Source: an uncultured Gemmatimonadaceae bacterium (GTDB lineage: Bacteria > Gemmatimonadota > Gemmatimonadetes > Gemmatimonadales > Gemmatimonadaceae). From it: 64,000 bases of DNA. Below the pieces are notes generated by a model. It saw nothing but the letters and a program-made list of their open reading frames with translations. It was not told the DNA's origin and did no database searches. The DNA lies in contig CAWJMB010000002.1 in NCBI GenBank assembly GCA_963843845.1, positions 288,001-352,000 of the forward strand, in the 5' to 3' direction. Every line of letters begins with the position of its first letter. Position 1 is the stretch's first letter. Positions 49,855-60,374 of this stretch are shown in pieces. Both the position numbers and the translations under genes were made by a program.

Positions 49855-52800
49855 TCACGCGAGCTGGCGCCGCGCGAGCTCGGCGAACAGGCCGTCGTTC
49901 GCCATGAGCTCGTCGTAGCGGCCGCTCTCGACGATCTGGCCGCTCTTCACGACGACGATGCGGTCGGCGTTGACGATCGTGCTGAGGCGGTGCGCGACGA
50001 CGACGCGGGTCGCGTTCAGGCGCTCGAGGCTCTCGCTGACGATCGCCTGCGTGCGGTTGTCGAGCGCGCTCGTGGCCTCGTCGAAGAACAGGATGCGCGG
50101 GCGGTGGACGATGGCGCGGGCGATCATGAGGCGCTGGCGCTGGCCGCCGGAGAGCGTGCCCCCTCCCTCGCTCGACGACCGTGTGCATCCCCATCGGCAT
50201 CGCCTTCACGTCGGCGTCGAAGCCGGCCATGCGCGCCGCCTCCCACGCGTCGTCGATCGAGATCTGCGACGAGCCGGCGATGTTCGTGTAGATGTCGCCC
50301 GACATGAGCTGGCCGTTCTGCAGCACGACGCCGATCTGGCGGCGCACGGCCTGGACGTCGAGCCCGTCGAGCTCCTGCCCGTCGTAGTAGATCGCTCCCG
50401 ACTCGAGCCGCTCGAAGCCCAGGAGCAGGCGCAGGATCGTCGACTTGCCGGAGCCCGACGGGCCGACGAGCGCCACGAACTCGCCGGGCTTCACGCGCAA
50501 CGTCACGTCGCGCAGTACGGGCGGGCCGTCGCCGTCGTAGCGGAAGACGGCGTGCTGCATCTCGATCTCGCCGGCGAGGCGGCCGGGGTCGCCCTTTCGC
50601 GTCGTCGACCTCGGGGCGGGCGCGCAGGATGGGTTCGGCCTGCTCGTAGAGCGGCACCGTCGAGAGCGTCATGAGCAGCGCGCCGCAGGTGCCCAACAGC
50701 GCGGCCTGGCAGGTGCCGTACGCGGAGAGGAACGCGAGGAAGTCGCCCGTGCGGAGCGTCTCGCCGCCCCTGCCGCGCAACAGAGACACTGCCGCCCAGA
50801 AGATCACGACGTTCGCGATGACGGGGAACGCGCCGTTGAACGCGGCGACGAGGTTCGCGATCCGCGTGACGCGGTACTGCAACCGCCGCTGCTCGCCGAA
50901 GCGCGCCGCCCAGCGCGTGAAGGCCTGGGCTTCCGCCCCGGCGACGCGCAGCTTCGCGACGCCGCTCAGCAGCTGCAGCACGATCCCCGACACGTTCGCC
51001 TGGATCGCCGAGACGCCGCGCTGGTGGCGGAGCTGGCGAAGGCTGCCGACCGCCGTGACGACGACGGCGACGAGGATGAGCAGCGACGCGCGCCACGCCA
51101 TCGTCGGGCTGTACCAGAACATCAGCCCGAAGTTGAACAGCGAGAAGATCCCGCCGAGGATCGCGGAGACGGTGGAGCCGGAGACGACCTGGCGGATGCC
51201 GTCGATCCCCATGGCGCGCACGGCGAGATCGCCGGCGGCGTACGGGCGGAAGAACGGCATCGGGAGGCTGAGCAGCCGGTCCCACACGGCGGACTGCACG
51301 GCCGCGCTCATGCGCCCTTCGATGCGCAGGACGGCGAGCCCGCGCACCACCGCGAACAGCGCCGTCGCCGTCGCGCAGACGAGCAGCACCGCCGTCATCT
51401 GCCAGAGCTGCGGCCGCTGCGCGCCGGGGATGACGTCGTTGAACAGCACGCCGGTCGCGACCGACGGGATGAGGCCCAGCAGCGCGCCGGCGATCCCCAT
51501 CGCGATCACGGCGAGGAGGTCGCGCCGACAGCCGCGCAGCCCGAAGCGCACGACGTCCATGACGCCCAACGCGACGTCCGGAAACGGCCGGTAGAACGTC
51601 TGCGCGAACGGCCCGAGCGTGGTCGCGAGCGTCGCGGTGAGCGGCTGCGCGGTGCGCGCGATCGGGTCGTGCAGCACGTAGCCGCGGCGGTCGGCGGTCG
51701 GCAGCAGCGCGACCGGCGACGGGTGCCCGGTCGGCGTGCCGTCGTCGGCCGTCGGCGGTTCGAGGTACGCGAGCAGCGCGCCGTTGTCGTGCCGCCACCA
51801 TTCGTCGCGTAGTGCGACCTGGCGCGTGCGGAGCCGTGAGGCGCGGGCGATCGCCGCGAGCGGGTCGCGCGGCACGGCGGCGGCGGCGCCGCGCGCGTAG
51901 GGGCGCACGGCGACGTCCATCGACTCGCCGACGAGGCGGCAGGCGGCGAACAGCGCGTCGTCCCACGCCGGCGGCTGCGCCGCGTCGTCGCGGCGGCGGA
52001 GCTGCGGCGTCTGGTGGCCGGCGCGCGGGTCCATCGTCGACGCGAGCCGCGCGCACGCGCCGTGCAGCGCGACGCGGTCCGACTCGGCGCGGCGGCGCAG
52101 GCGCGTGCGCTCCGCCGCCGTGGTCTGCGCGGCGAGCAGCTCGGTGTAGTGCAGCACGAGGTCGTGCAACCGGGCGAGCCCGCCCCACAGCGCCTCGGGG
52201 TCGGCGACGTCCGTCGCATCGAGCACCGTCACTCGGCCGGCCTCGCGCACCTCGAGCCAGGCGCGGCGCGAGATCGGCGTGAGACCGACGCCGTTCACCG
52301 TCAGCTCGTCGCGGCCCAACAGGTGGGAGTGGCCGGCGACGTGACGCAGCCAGGCGACGCCGCGGCGCGGGCGCGCGGTCGTGCCCGGCGCGACGTCGAC
52401 CTCAGCGCCGGGCGTCAGCTCGACGCAGCGCGACGGTACGATGTCGCGCTGCGACCCGCTCACGCCGTCGCACAGCGCCTCGACCCACTCGTCGAGCAGC
52501 GCGGTCGTCTCGCGCGCGCCGTCGACGGTGCGCGCCTGCTCGCGCAGCACGGACTGCGGCAGCCGCAGCAGCTGCGTCCCCGCCGTGCCGACCGCGAGCA
52601 GTCCGCGCCCGCGCGCCGCGAGGCCGGCGCCGAGCCCGAACAGCGGGTGGCCGGCGCTCACGCGGAGCAGGTGCGTGCGCCCACCGACGATCGCGCCCGC
52701 GTCGCCGCAAGGTGCGATGGTCGCCGCCATGGTCGCCGCCATGGTCGCCGCCATGGTCGCCGCCAGCGGCGACCGGCGCGAGCTGCACGGCGAACACGTC

Positions 52801-52956
52801 GACGTGGCCGCTCACGACGAGCCACACGTCGTCGCCGGCGAGCAGGAACGGCGCGGTGCCGTCCGCCGCCTGGGGCGTGCCGTCCGCCTCGAACAGCGCG
52901 ATCGCGCCGGCCGTCGAGGCGAGCGACATCGGGGAATCCAGCAGAGTCTCGGTCAC
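49855..52956 (-). CDS. NHLP bacteriocin system ABC transporter without peptidase domain (frameshifts near 52730, 50595, 50165)
   Basis: [76 protein letters not shown] across frames. Confidence 0.88.
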
Positions 52957-52963
52957 GGCGCCC

Positions 52964-55320
52964 TCACTCGGCGGCGATGAGGTTGCGATAGGGGCCTCGC
53001 TCGGCCATGAGCGACGCGTGCGTGCCGCGCTGCACGATCTTGCCGCGATCGAGCACGAGGATCTCGTCGCAGTCGCGGATGGTGCTCAGGCGGTGCGCGA
53101 CGATGACGCAGGTGCAGCCGCGCCGGCGCAGGTTGTCGTCGATGATCTTCTCGGTCGCCGGGTCGAGCGCGCTCGTCGCCTCGTCGAGCACGAGCACGGT
53201 CGGGTTGCCGACGAGCGCGCGCGCGATCTCGAGGCGCTGGCGCTGCCCGCCGCTGAAGTTGCGCGCCGCCCTCCTCCATCGGGCCGGCGTAGCCGCCGGG
53301 GCGCGCGGCGATGTCGTCGTGGATGCACGCGTCGCGCGCGGCCTGCAGCAGATCCGCCTCGGGAACGGTGTCGTCCCACAGCGTGACGTTGTCGCGGATC
53401 GTTCCCTCGAACATCGCGACGTCCTGGTCGACGACGGCGAGCGAGTTGGCGACCGTCGCGCGCGGGTACGCGGCGCGCGGCCTTCCGTCGAACAGGATCT
53501 CGCCGCTCCACGGCTCGTAGAGCCCCGCGACGAGCTTCGCGACGGTCGACTTGCCGCAGCCCGAGCCGCCGACGAGCGCGACGCGGCTGCCGGGGCGCAG
53601 CGTGAGACTGAAGTCGTCGATGAGCGGCGGGTCGAGGCGGCTGTAGCCGAAGGTGAGGCCGCGCAGCTCGAGGCGGCCGGAGAGCTTCACCGGCGCCTCG
53701 CGCCCTTCCGTCAGGCACTCGGCGCGCTCGTCCGAGCGCAGCTCCTCGGCGTACGGATCGCGGGTCGCGCGGAGCACGTCGTCGAGGCGCGCCATGTCGC
53801 CGCGCACCTCGGAGAGCGAGCTCGCGAGGTCGACCATGCGGTTGACCGGGTTCAGGAAGGCGAGCATCAGCGCCTGGAACGCGATCAGCATGCCGATGCT
53901 CAGCTGCCCGTCGATGACGCGCACGCCGCCGACGCCGAGCACGAGCGCCGAGTTGATCGAGAGGAGCAGCGGCGGGACGGCGGAGAGGAACGTCGTCGTC
54001 AGCTGCAACTGCTGGTAGGCGTTGTTGACCTTCGCCTGGTGCCCCGCCCACCGCCCGAAGAAGTCGGATTCGGAACCCGTGGCCTTGAGCGTCTCGATCG
54101 ATCTGCAGCCCGTTCATCGCCGCGCCCATGAGCTTGCCGTGGTCCTGCACGAGGCGGCGGCTCAGGTCCGCGCGACGTCGTGAGACGACGCGGAGCGCGA
54201 CGACGTTCAGCACCGCCGTGAGGACGCCGACGAGCGTCAGCACGACGTCGTAGCGCAGCAGCAGCGCGGCGTAGAAGGCGACGACGAGCACGTTCAGCGC
54301 GGTCGTCGCGAGGTCGCCGGCGAGGAGGCGCGCGACGCGATCGTTGATCGACACGCGGTTGCCGATGTCGCCGGCGAAGCGCTGCGTGAAGAACACGACC
54401 GGCAGCCGCAGCACGTGCCAGAGAAACTTCCCCGACGTCTCGACGGCGAGCTTCGTCTGCAGGCGCAGCAGGGAGTGCTGCTGCAGCCAGACGAGCCCCG
54501 CGTTCACGAGCGCCGCGGCGGCCATGAGGAGGAGGAGCGGCTTCGTCCAGTGCGTCATGCCGCGCACGAGCACCTGGTCGACGAACGCTTCTGGAACGCC
54601 GGCGCGACGATGCCCGGCACGACGAGCGCGAGCCCGGCGAGGAACACGTACCCGACGGCGGCGCGCGACCCCGGCAGCCGGCTGGCGACGGCACCGAGCA
54701 GGCTCGGGTGCTCGCCGCCGCGCTCGAACGCGTCGCCGCGCTCGAAGGTGAGCACGACGCCGGTGAACGACTGGTCGAACTCCGCCTCGGTGACGACGAC
54801 CGGGCCGGTGGCCGGGTCGTTGAGGTACGCCTTCCCCTTCCGGAACCCTTCGAGGACGACGAAGTGGTTGAAGTTCCAGTGCACGATCATCGGGCCGGCC
54901 ATGGCGCTTCAGGTCGCCGGGCTCCTTCTTGAAGCCCTTCGCGACGAACCCGTAGGCGCGCGCCGCCTTGAGCACGTTGCTCGCCTTGCTGCCGTCGCGC
55001 GACACGCCGCAGGCGACGCGCAGCTCCTCGAGCGGCACGAAGCGGCCGTGGTAGGCGAGCACCATCGCGAGCGCCGCGGCGCCGCACTCGACCGCCTCCA
55101 TCTGGAGCACGGTCGGCACCTGGACGCGGCGCGCGGGGCGGGGCGGGGCGGCCTTCGGCGGCGTCGAGGCGTTCGGCGCGGTGCCGTGAGGCGTCGCGCC
55201 GCTCGGCGCTTCACCAGCGCGGCGCGGCACGAACCGCGTCGCGAGCGCCGCGCTCCGCTGCCGGACGCGGTCGCGCACGCCGTCGCGCACGCGGTCGGCG
55301 AAGGAGACGAGCGCGCTCAT
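52964..55320 (-). CDS. NHLP family C39 peptidase/permease/ATPase exporter (frameshifts near 54905, 54590, 54100, 53265)
   Basis: [80 protein letters not shown]. Confidence 0.9.
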
Positions 55321-56581
55321 AGCCCCGTGGTCCGCTTCACGAGCGGGATCACCATCTCGACCGGGCGCCGCGTCGACACCGCGATGTTCCCCGAGGCGAG
55401 CGTGCCGCTCTGGATGCGCACCGGCGGCCCGCCCGACGACGTCCACCGGTAGCGGCTCGCCGTCGACGGATCGACGACGAGGTCGGCGTGCACCTCGTAC
55501 GGCGCGTCCTGGCCGGAGAGCGTCGCGACGAGCTGCTCGTTCTTGAGCACGCGCCGCATCCCGCGCGAGGTCGCGGGGAAATCGGAGACGTACGTGACGC
55601 GGCCGAGCATGTAGCCCGAACTCCTCCTGCTTCACCGTCGACGGCGCGATCTGGATGCGCATGCCGGGCTGATACTGCTTGCCGTGCACCGACGGCACGT
55701 AGAACACGGCTTCGAGGTCCTTCACGGCGCGGCCCTCGAGATCGAGGCTGAGGATCGGCTCGCCGGGCGCGACGACCGAGCCGCGCTCCGCCATCAGCTC
55801 GAGCACGCGCCCCGTGTACGGCGCGACCACCTGCGTCGCCGAGGCGAGCTGGCGCTCGAGCTCCGCGACGCGCGCCGCCTGCTCGTCGACGCGGGCGCGG
55901 CTCGCGCGCTGCTGCTCGGTGGCGTCGTTGCGCGAGCCGGCCTCTTTCGCCTCGAGCTGCGAGAGCTGGCCGCGCATGGTGCCGATCTTCTCGCGCGTCG
56001 CGTCGACCTGCTGGCGGGTGCCGAACAGCGTCGCCCTCGTGAGCAGCCCGCGCTCGACGAGCTGCTCCTGCGCCGCCGCCTTCTCCGTCAGCCACCGCAC
56101 GCTCTGCTCGGCGGCGGCGATCGACTGCGCGAGCTCCGCGCGCTGCTGCGCCACGTACTCGGACTCGAGCGCGACCCCCTCGCCGCCGAACTCGACGAGC
56201 ATGCGGTGCTGCTCGCGCAGAGCGGCGAGCGTCGCCTTCGCCTGCTGCACCTGGTTCGCCAGCTCGGGCTGCTCGAGGCGCGCGACGACCTGTCCCTCGC
56301 TGCACGACGTCGCCGCCGGCGACCGCGACGTCGGCGACGCGGCCGCCGCTCGTCGGGACGATCTGGAACACGCCGCCGCTCTTCACGAGGATGCCGACGC
56401 CGGAGACGGTCTCCGGGATGCTGCCCGCGAACCCCCATGCCGCGGCCGTCGCGAGCACGGCGCTCACGGCGAGCAACGCGATCCAGCCGCGCGCGTCGGT
56501 GACCTGCACGAGCTGGTCGAGCTGCTCGGGCGACGCGAGGCGGTCGAGCGAGACTTTGCGGAAGACGGTGGACTGGCTCAC
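55317..56581 (-). CDS. NHLP bacteriocin system secretion protein, HlyD family (frameshifts near 56300, 55615)
   Basis: VFRKVSLDRLASPEQLDQL, GSIPETVSGVGIL, PSTVKQEEFG, YRWTSSGGP, RPVEMVIP. Confidence 0.9.
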
Positions 56582-58352
56582 GGCGTACTCCGGGGGGGAT
56601 TGAGAAGGGCGGCCGTCGCACGCTCGACGGCGCGCGTCACGCGCTCGGCGACGCTGGATGCGGCGGCGCCGCGGTCGTCACGGATCGGCGCGGCCGCGGC
56701 GACGTCGTCGGGGGCGAGATCGCCGGCGGCGAAGCGCAGCGCGGCGAGTGCGCCGGCGTAGCCGCGGCGGGCAGCGATCTCGGCGAGCAGCGCATTGGTC
56801 AGCGCCTCCTCGGCGTTCACGACGTCGAACTGCGTGGCCATGGCGAGTCGGAACTTCTGCTTCTCGTTGTCGACCATCTGGCGGGCGAGCCGCACCGCGT
56901 CGGTCGACTCGCGCAGCGCATCGCGTCCGCGCGCGAGCGCCGACGTCGCGACGGCGACCGCGGCGAGCGCGCGGCGCGCGAGATCCGCTTCCACGATGCG
57001 GCGCTGCTCGTGCTCCGCCTCGCGCTGGGCGGCGAGCCCACCGGCGGCGGCGTTGCGCACGGGGAGGTCGAACTGGAGCTGCACGTTCGTGGTGAGCCCG
57101 GGGACGTTGCGATAGAGCGGGCTCACGAAGCGGTCGACGCCGAACCCCTGATCGAGCCCCGCATAGCTCGCGTCGACGACGAGGTCGACGCGCGGACGCG
57201 TGGCCTGCATCGCGACGTCGACCTGGTCGCGTGCGGCGCGTCGGCGCGCGGCCGCGGCGAGCACGTCGGGGCGCCGCAGCACGCGGTCGGCGACGTCCGA
57301 CGGGGCCGCGCTCGGCGCCGTCGCGTTCGGCGCCGTCGCGTTCGGCGCCGTCGCGTTCGGCGCCGTCGCGTCGGTCGCGTCGACGCTCGGCGCGCCGGCG
57401 CGCGGCGCGCTGTCGTTCGGCACGGGGTACGGCGTCGACGCGGCGGGGAGCGCGGCGATCGTCGCCGCCGGCACCCCCATCACGACGCCGAGCTGCTGCC
57501 GCGCCTCGTCGACGGCCTGCTCGGCCGTCACGCGCTGCGCGCGGCGGGTGGCGAGGTTGCCGAGCAGCTGCGCGAGGTCGCCGGCGGGGCGCTCGTCGGC
57601 GCGGATCAGCTCGCGCGTCTCGTCGACGAGGAGCTGCGCGCGGCGCTCGGTCTCGCGCTGCACGTCGAGCCGCTGGCGTGCGGCGGCGTAGCTCCAGTAC
57701 GCGACCGCGGCCTCGTACGCCGCCTGCGCCGCCGCCTGCCGCAGGTCGAGCGTCGACGCGTCGAGCTCGGAGTCGGCGGCGCGCATCCCGGCCGCGACCG
57801 CGCGTCCGAACCGGTCCTTGCCGAGCGGCACCGCGACGCCGAGCCCCGCCTTCGCGCGCGTCGTCGGCGCGACGCCGGCGATCGTGCCCCCCGCCGCGGC
57901 GCCGCTCGCCACACCGCTCGTGAGCACCCCGAGCTGCGACAGCCCGACGGTCGGCGTGACGACGACGCCCCACGGCAGCCGCTTCGCGATGCCGACCTGG
58001 TAGTCGACACTCCGCGTCTGCGTCGCGCTGACGAGCGTCGGCGACACATACGCCGCCTCGCGCTGCCGCCCGCCGCCGACGATCGACTGCACCTGCGCGT
58101 CGAAGGCGGCCGAGGCGACGGCGACGCCGCCGCGGGCGGCGTCGAGCTGCCAGCGCGCGGCGCGGGCGCTCGGGCTGAGCACCGCCGTGGTCCGCAGCAC
58201 GTCCGCGAGCGTGAGGCCGGGGGTGATGCCGGGGGTGATGCCGGGGGCAGGCGGGCGGCCGCCGGTGCGGCGAGCGGCGGCGATGCGAGCGCGCCGGCGC
58301 ACAGCGCGGCAGCGTACAGCGCGGCGCCGGTCGTTCGGCGGCTGTCAGGCAC
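56578..58352 (-). CDS. TolC-family outer membrane efflux protein (frameshift near 58265)
   Basis: GTG 58352 gives signal PDSRRTTGAALYAAALCAGALA; then LTLADVL, AYWSY, RRPDV, DLPVRN, NEKQKFRLAMATQFDV. Confidence 0.8.
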
Positions 58353-58440
58353 GCGCGCCGTCCCGGCCGTACCACGCCCGCGCGAGCCCGCCGACGACGT
58401 GTTCGAGGTCGTCGTCGCGCAGCTCGTCGGGGTCGGCCAT
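58345..58440 (-). CDS. Second double-glycine RiPP precursor, absent from the ORF track: MADPDELRDDDLEHVVGG-LARAWYGRDGARA
   Basis: Manual translation. ELxDDDLExVxGG leader motif; TGA at 58345-58347 overlaps the TolC start. True start may be GTG 58494, or ATG 58589 with a 1-nt indel. Confidence 0.75.
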   Translation of the reverse strand: MADPDELRDDDLEHVVGGLARAWYGRDGARA

Positions 58441-58585
58441 GATCGAGTCGGCTGTCGCGGCGTCGGCCTGGACAGCGGCGCGGGACGAGAGCACGGCGCG
58501 CGGCGCCGCGATCGACGCCGACAGCGTGCACCGGCGAGCGGACCGGCGAGCGGACCGGCGAGCGGCGCGGAGAGCAGGTGCGCGC

Positions 58586-58927
58586 TCATACCGAGCGCCT
58601 CGGCGGCGGCGGCGCGCTATTCTTCCACATGTGGCGGTGCGCGGCGTGCGGGTGCGCGCCGCCGGCCACGACTTCGAGCTCGCTGTCGCTCAGCTCTCGA
58701 TCGTTCGACTCGTCGCCGGCCCGCTCGAGATCCGGCAGCACGACGAGCGCGTCGACGTCGTCGGCCTTCTCGACGAAGCGGATGCGGAAGCCGGCCGGGA
58801 TGGTGATGCCGAACGCGTCGCGGATCGCGCGATGCGGTTCGCTGAGTAGCGCGCGTCGGAACGCCACGTCTTCGCCGGCGCGGGCGAGCACGGCGTCGAG
58901 CGCGTGCTGCTGATCGGGTGACTGCAC
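58586..58927 (-). CDS. NHLP-leader RiPP precursor; core AHPHAAHRHMWKNSAPPPPRRSV
   Basis: GGAGG 8 nt before GTG; leader VLARAGEDVAFRRALLSEP..AI...GITIP...VVLP...ELSDSELEVVAGG. Confidence 0.9.
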   Translation of the reverse strand: MQSPDQQHALDAVLARAGEDVAFRRALLSEPHRAIRDAFGITIPAGFRIRFVEKADDVDALVVLPDLERAGDESNDRELSDSELEVVAGGAHPHAAHRHMWKNSAPPPPRRSV

Positions 58928-59122
58928 GAGCACTTCCTCCATGCGGTGAGGCGGCGTCGTCGGCGCGGCAGGGAGGCCGCGGGACGGGCCGCCGGACGTC
59001 CGGGAGAAGGGCAACGCGCGTACCTCGCGCGGCTTCGCACTAACTCGCCTAACGGCAACGCGTTAGGCACTTTCGTCAGGCGCGCGGCGCGAGGCGGGGT
59101 GCTAGCGCGTAGAGGCGGGGAT

Positions 59123-60220
59123 CTATTCGCCGGCCGCGCCGCGAGCGCGGCGAGCGTCGCGCGCGGCGAGTGTCGCGCGCGGCGTGTGGTGCGCGGAGAG
59201 GTAGGCCTTCGCGGTCGAGTGGCCGCCGTCGCAGACGACTTTGACGTGGTTCACCCACCGCGCCGTCACGCTCTCCCACAGCTCGTGCGGCAGCACGCCG
59301 ATCTCGTAGCCGCCCCAGTGACGCAGCCCCTCGCGCTGCGCCTCGGTCAACAGCCCGCGCTCGCCGAGCCGCGCGAGGAGCGAGCGCTCGGCGACGTCGC
59401 CGCGCAGTTGGGCGAGGCGGTCGAGCGTGTACTCGAGACCGACCGGCGCGCGCAGACGGCCCTCTGCGTCGATGTCGATGTGGACGACCGACGGGGGGCG
59501 CGCGCCGCCGTCGACGAGCGCCGCGTCGCCGAGCACGTGGAGCGTCTCACGCAGCGTCGCGCCGTCGCCGCGCCACCCGACGGCACGCAGGTACGGCAGC
59601 GCGGCGTGCATCGCGAGGCCGTGCACGCACAGTCGCACGGCGCCGGCCGCGCCGGGACGCGCGAGCATGACGCCGACGTACGGCGCGGTCGCGCCAGGCG
59701 GGAGAACCGTCAGGCACCGGGCGAGCGTGTCGCACATCCGCTCGGACGGAGACGCGCTCAGCGCCGCGAGCGCGTCGAACATCCGGGCGGTGTGCGCCGC
59801 GCCGTCGCCGCGGTACGACGACCCGGCGAAGTCGACGAACACGCTCGGGCGCGGCGGACCGCCGTCGACGTCGAACTCGAGCCACAGACTCTCGATCGCG
59901 GTCGCACGTGCCGGCGACTGTGGCCACGCGCCGGCGAGCGCCGCGGCGCGCCGCCACGCGTCGTCGCCCGGGAAGCGGGCGGCCGCCGCGGCGACGAGCG
60001 GCGCGGCGCCGGACTCGACGTTGACGATGAGATCCGTCTGCGCCGGCGCGCCGGCGCCGAGCCGACACTCGAGGTAGAGCCAGCGCGTCAGCGCCGCCGG
60101 CAGGAACGCGGCGAGCGCCCGCACGCGATCGAGCGCCTCGGGCGCGACGAGCGCCGACGGAACGTGCGGCGCGAGGGCGTCGATCGTAGCGGAGAGCGCG
60201 GGCGCGGCGCGCGTCGTCAT
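59123..60220 (-). CDS. Uncharacterised RiPP-cluster enzyme, possibly an ABBA-fold prenyltransferase
   Basis: Alternating motifs YLECRL, LWLEFD, VGVMLAR, VRLCV, IDID, VGLEY, NHVKV, AKAYL; located between the dehydrogenase and the precursor. Fold assignment is inference. Confidence 0.5.
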   Translation of the reverse strand: MTTRAAPALSATIDALAPHVPSALVAPEALDRVRALAAFLPAALTRWLYLECRLGAGAPAQTDLIVNVESGAAPLVAAAAARFPGDDAWRRAAALAGAWPQSPARATAIESLWLEFDVDGGPPRPSVFVDFAGSSYRGDGAAHTARMFDALAALSASPSERMCDTLARCLTVLPPGATAPYVGVMLARPGAAGAVRLCVHGLAMHAALPYLRAVGWRGDGATLRETLHVLGDAALVDGGARPPSVVHIDIDAEGRLRAPVGLEYTLDRLAQLRGDVAERSLLARLGERGLLTEAQREGLRHWGGYEIGVLPHELWESVTARWVNHVKVVCDGGHSTAKAYLSAHHTPRATLAARDARRARGAAGE

Positions 60221-60276
60221 CGCACTGGCCTTCCCAGCCGCGACAGCACCACGGAGGTCGCACTCGGCGTGCGGTG

Positions 60277-60357
60277 TTTTGTAACAGAAGGAACAGAAAG
60301 GATTGAAGAAGAACATCGCCGTGCAGTTCTTCCGTCCCTTCTGTTCCTTCTGTCGAA
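60277..60357. repeat. Palindromic intergenic element, family A copy 4
   Basis: AACAGAAGGAACAGAAAGGATTGAAGAAGAAC ... GTTCTTCCGTCCCTTCTGTTCCTTCTGTC. Confidence 0.7.
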
Positions 60358-60374
60358 CCACATCGCGGTCGGCT

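Noticed and set aside
57606..58589. 327-aa ORF from ATG 58589 as one protein
   Set aside because: It is a mosaic: a possible precursor-2 start, an off-frame segment, the TolC signal peptide, then an off-frame TolC shadow.
59047..59068. GCCTAAC...GTTAGGC as an integron attC site
   Set aside because: It matches RYYYAAC/GTTRRRY but spans only 22 bp, lacks L boxes and has no integrase nearby. The other copies lie inside genes.
59123..60361. Extended N-terminus MVRQKEQKGRKNC for the unknown enzyme
   Set aside because: The extension is a translation of palindromic repeat copy 4. ATG 60220 is the more plausible start.
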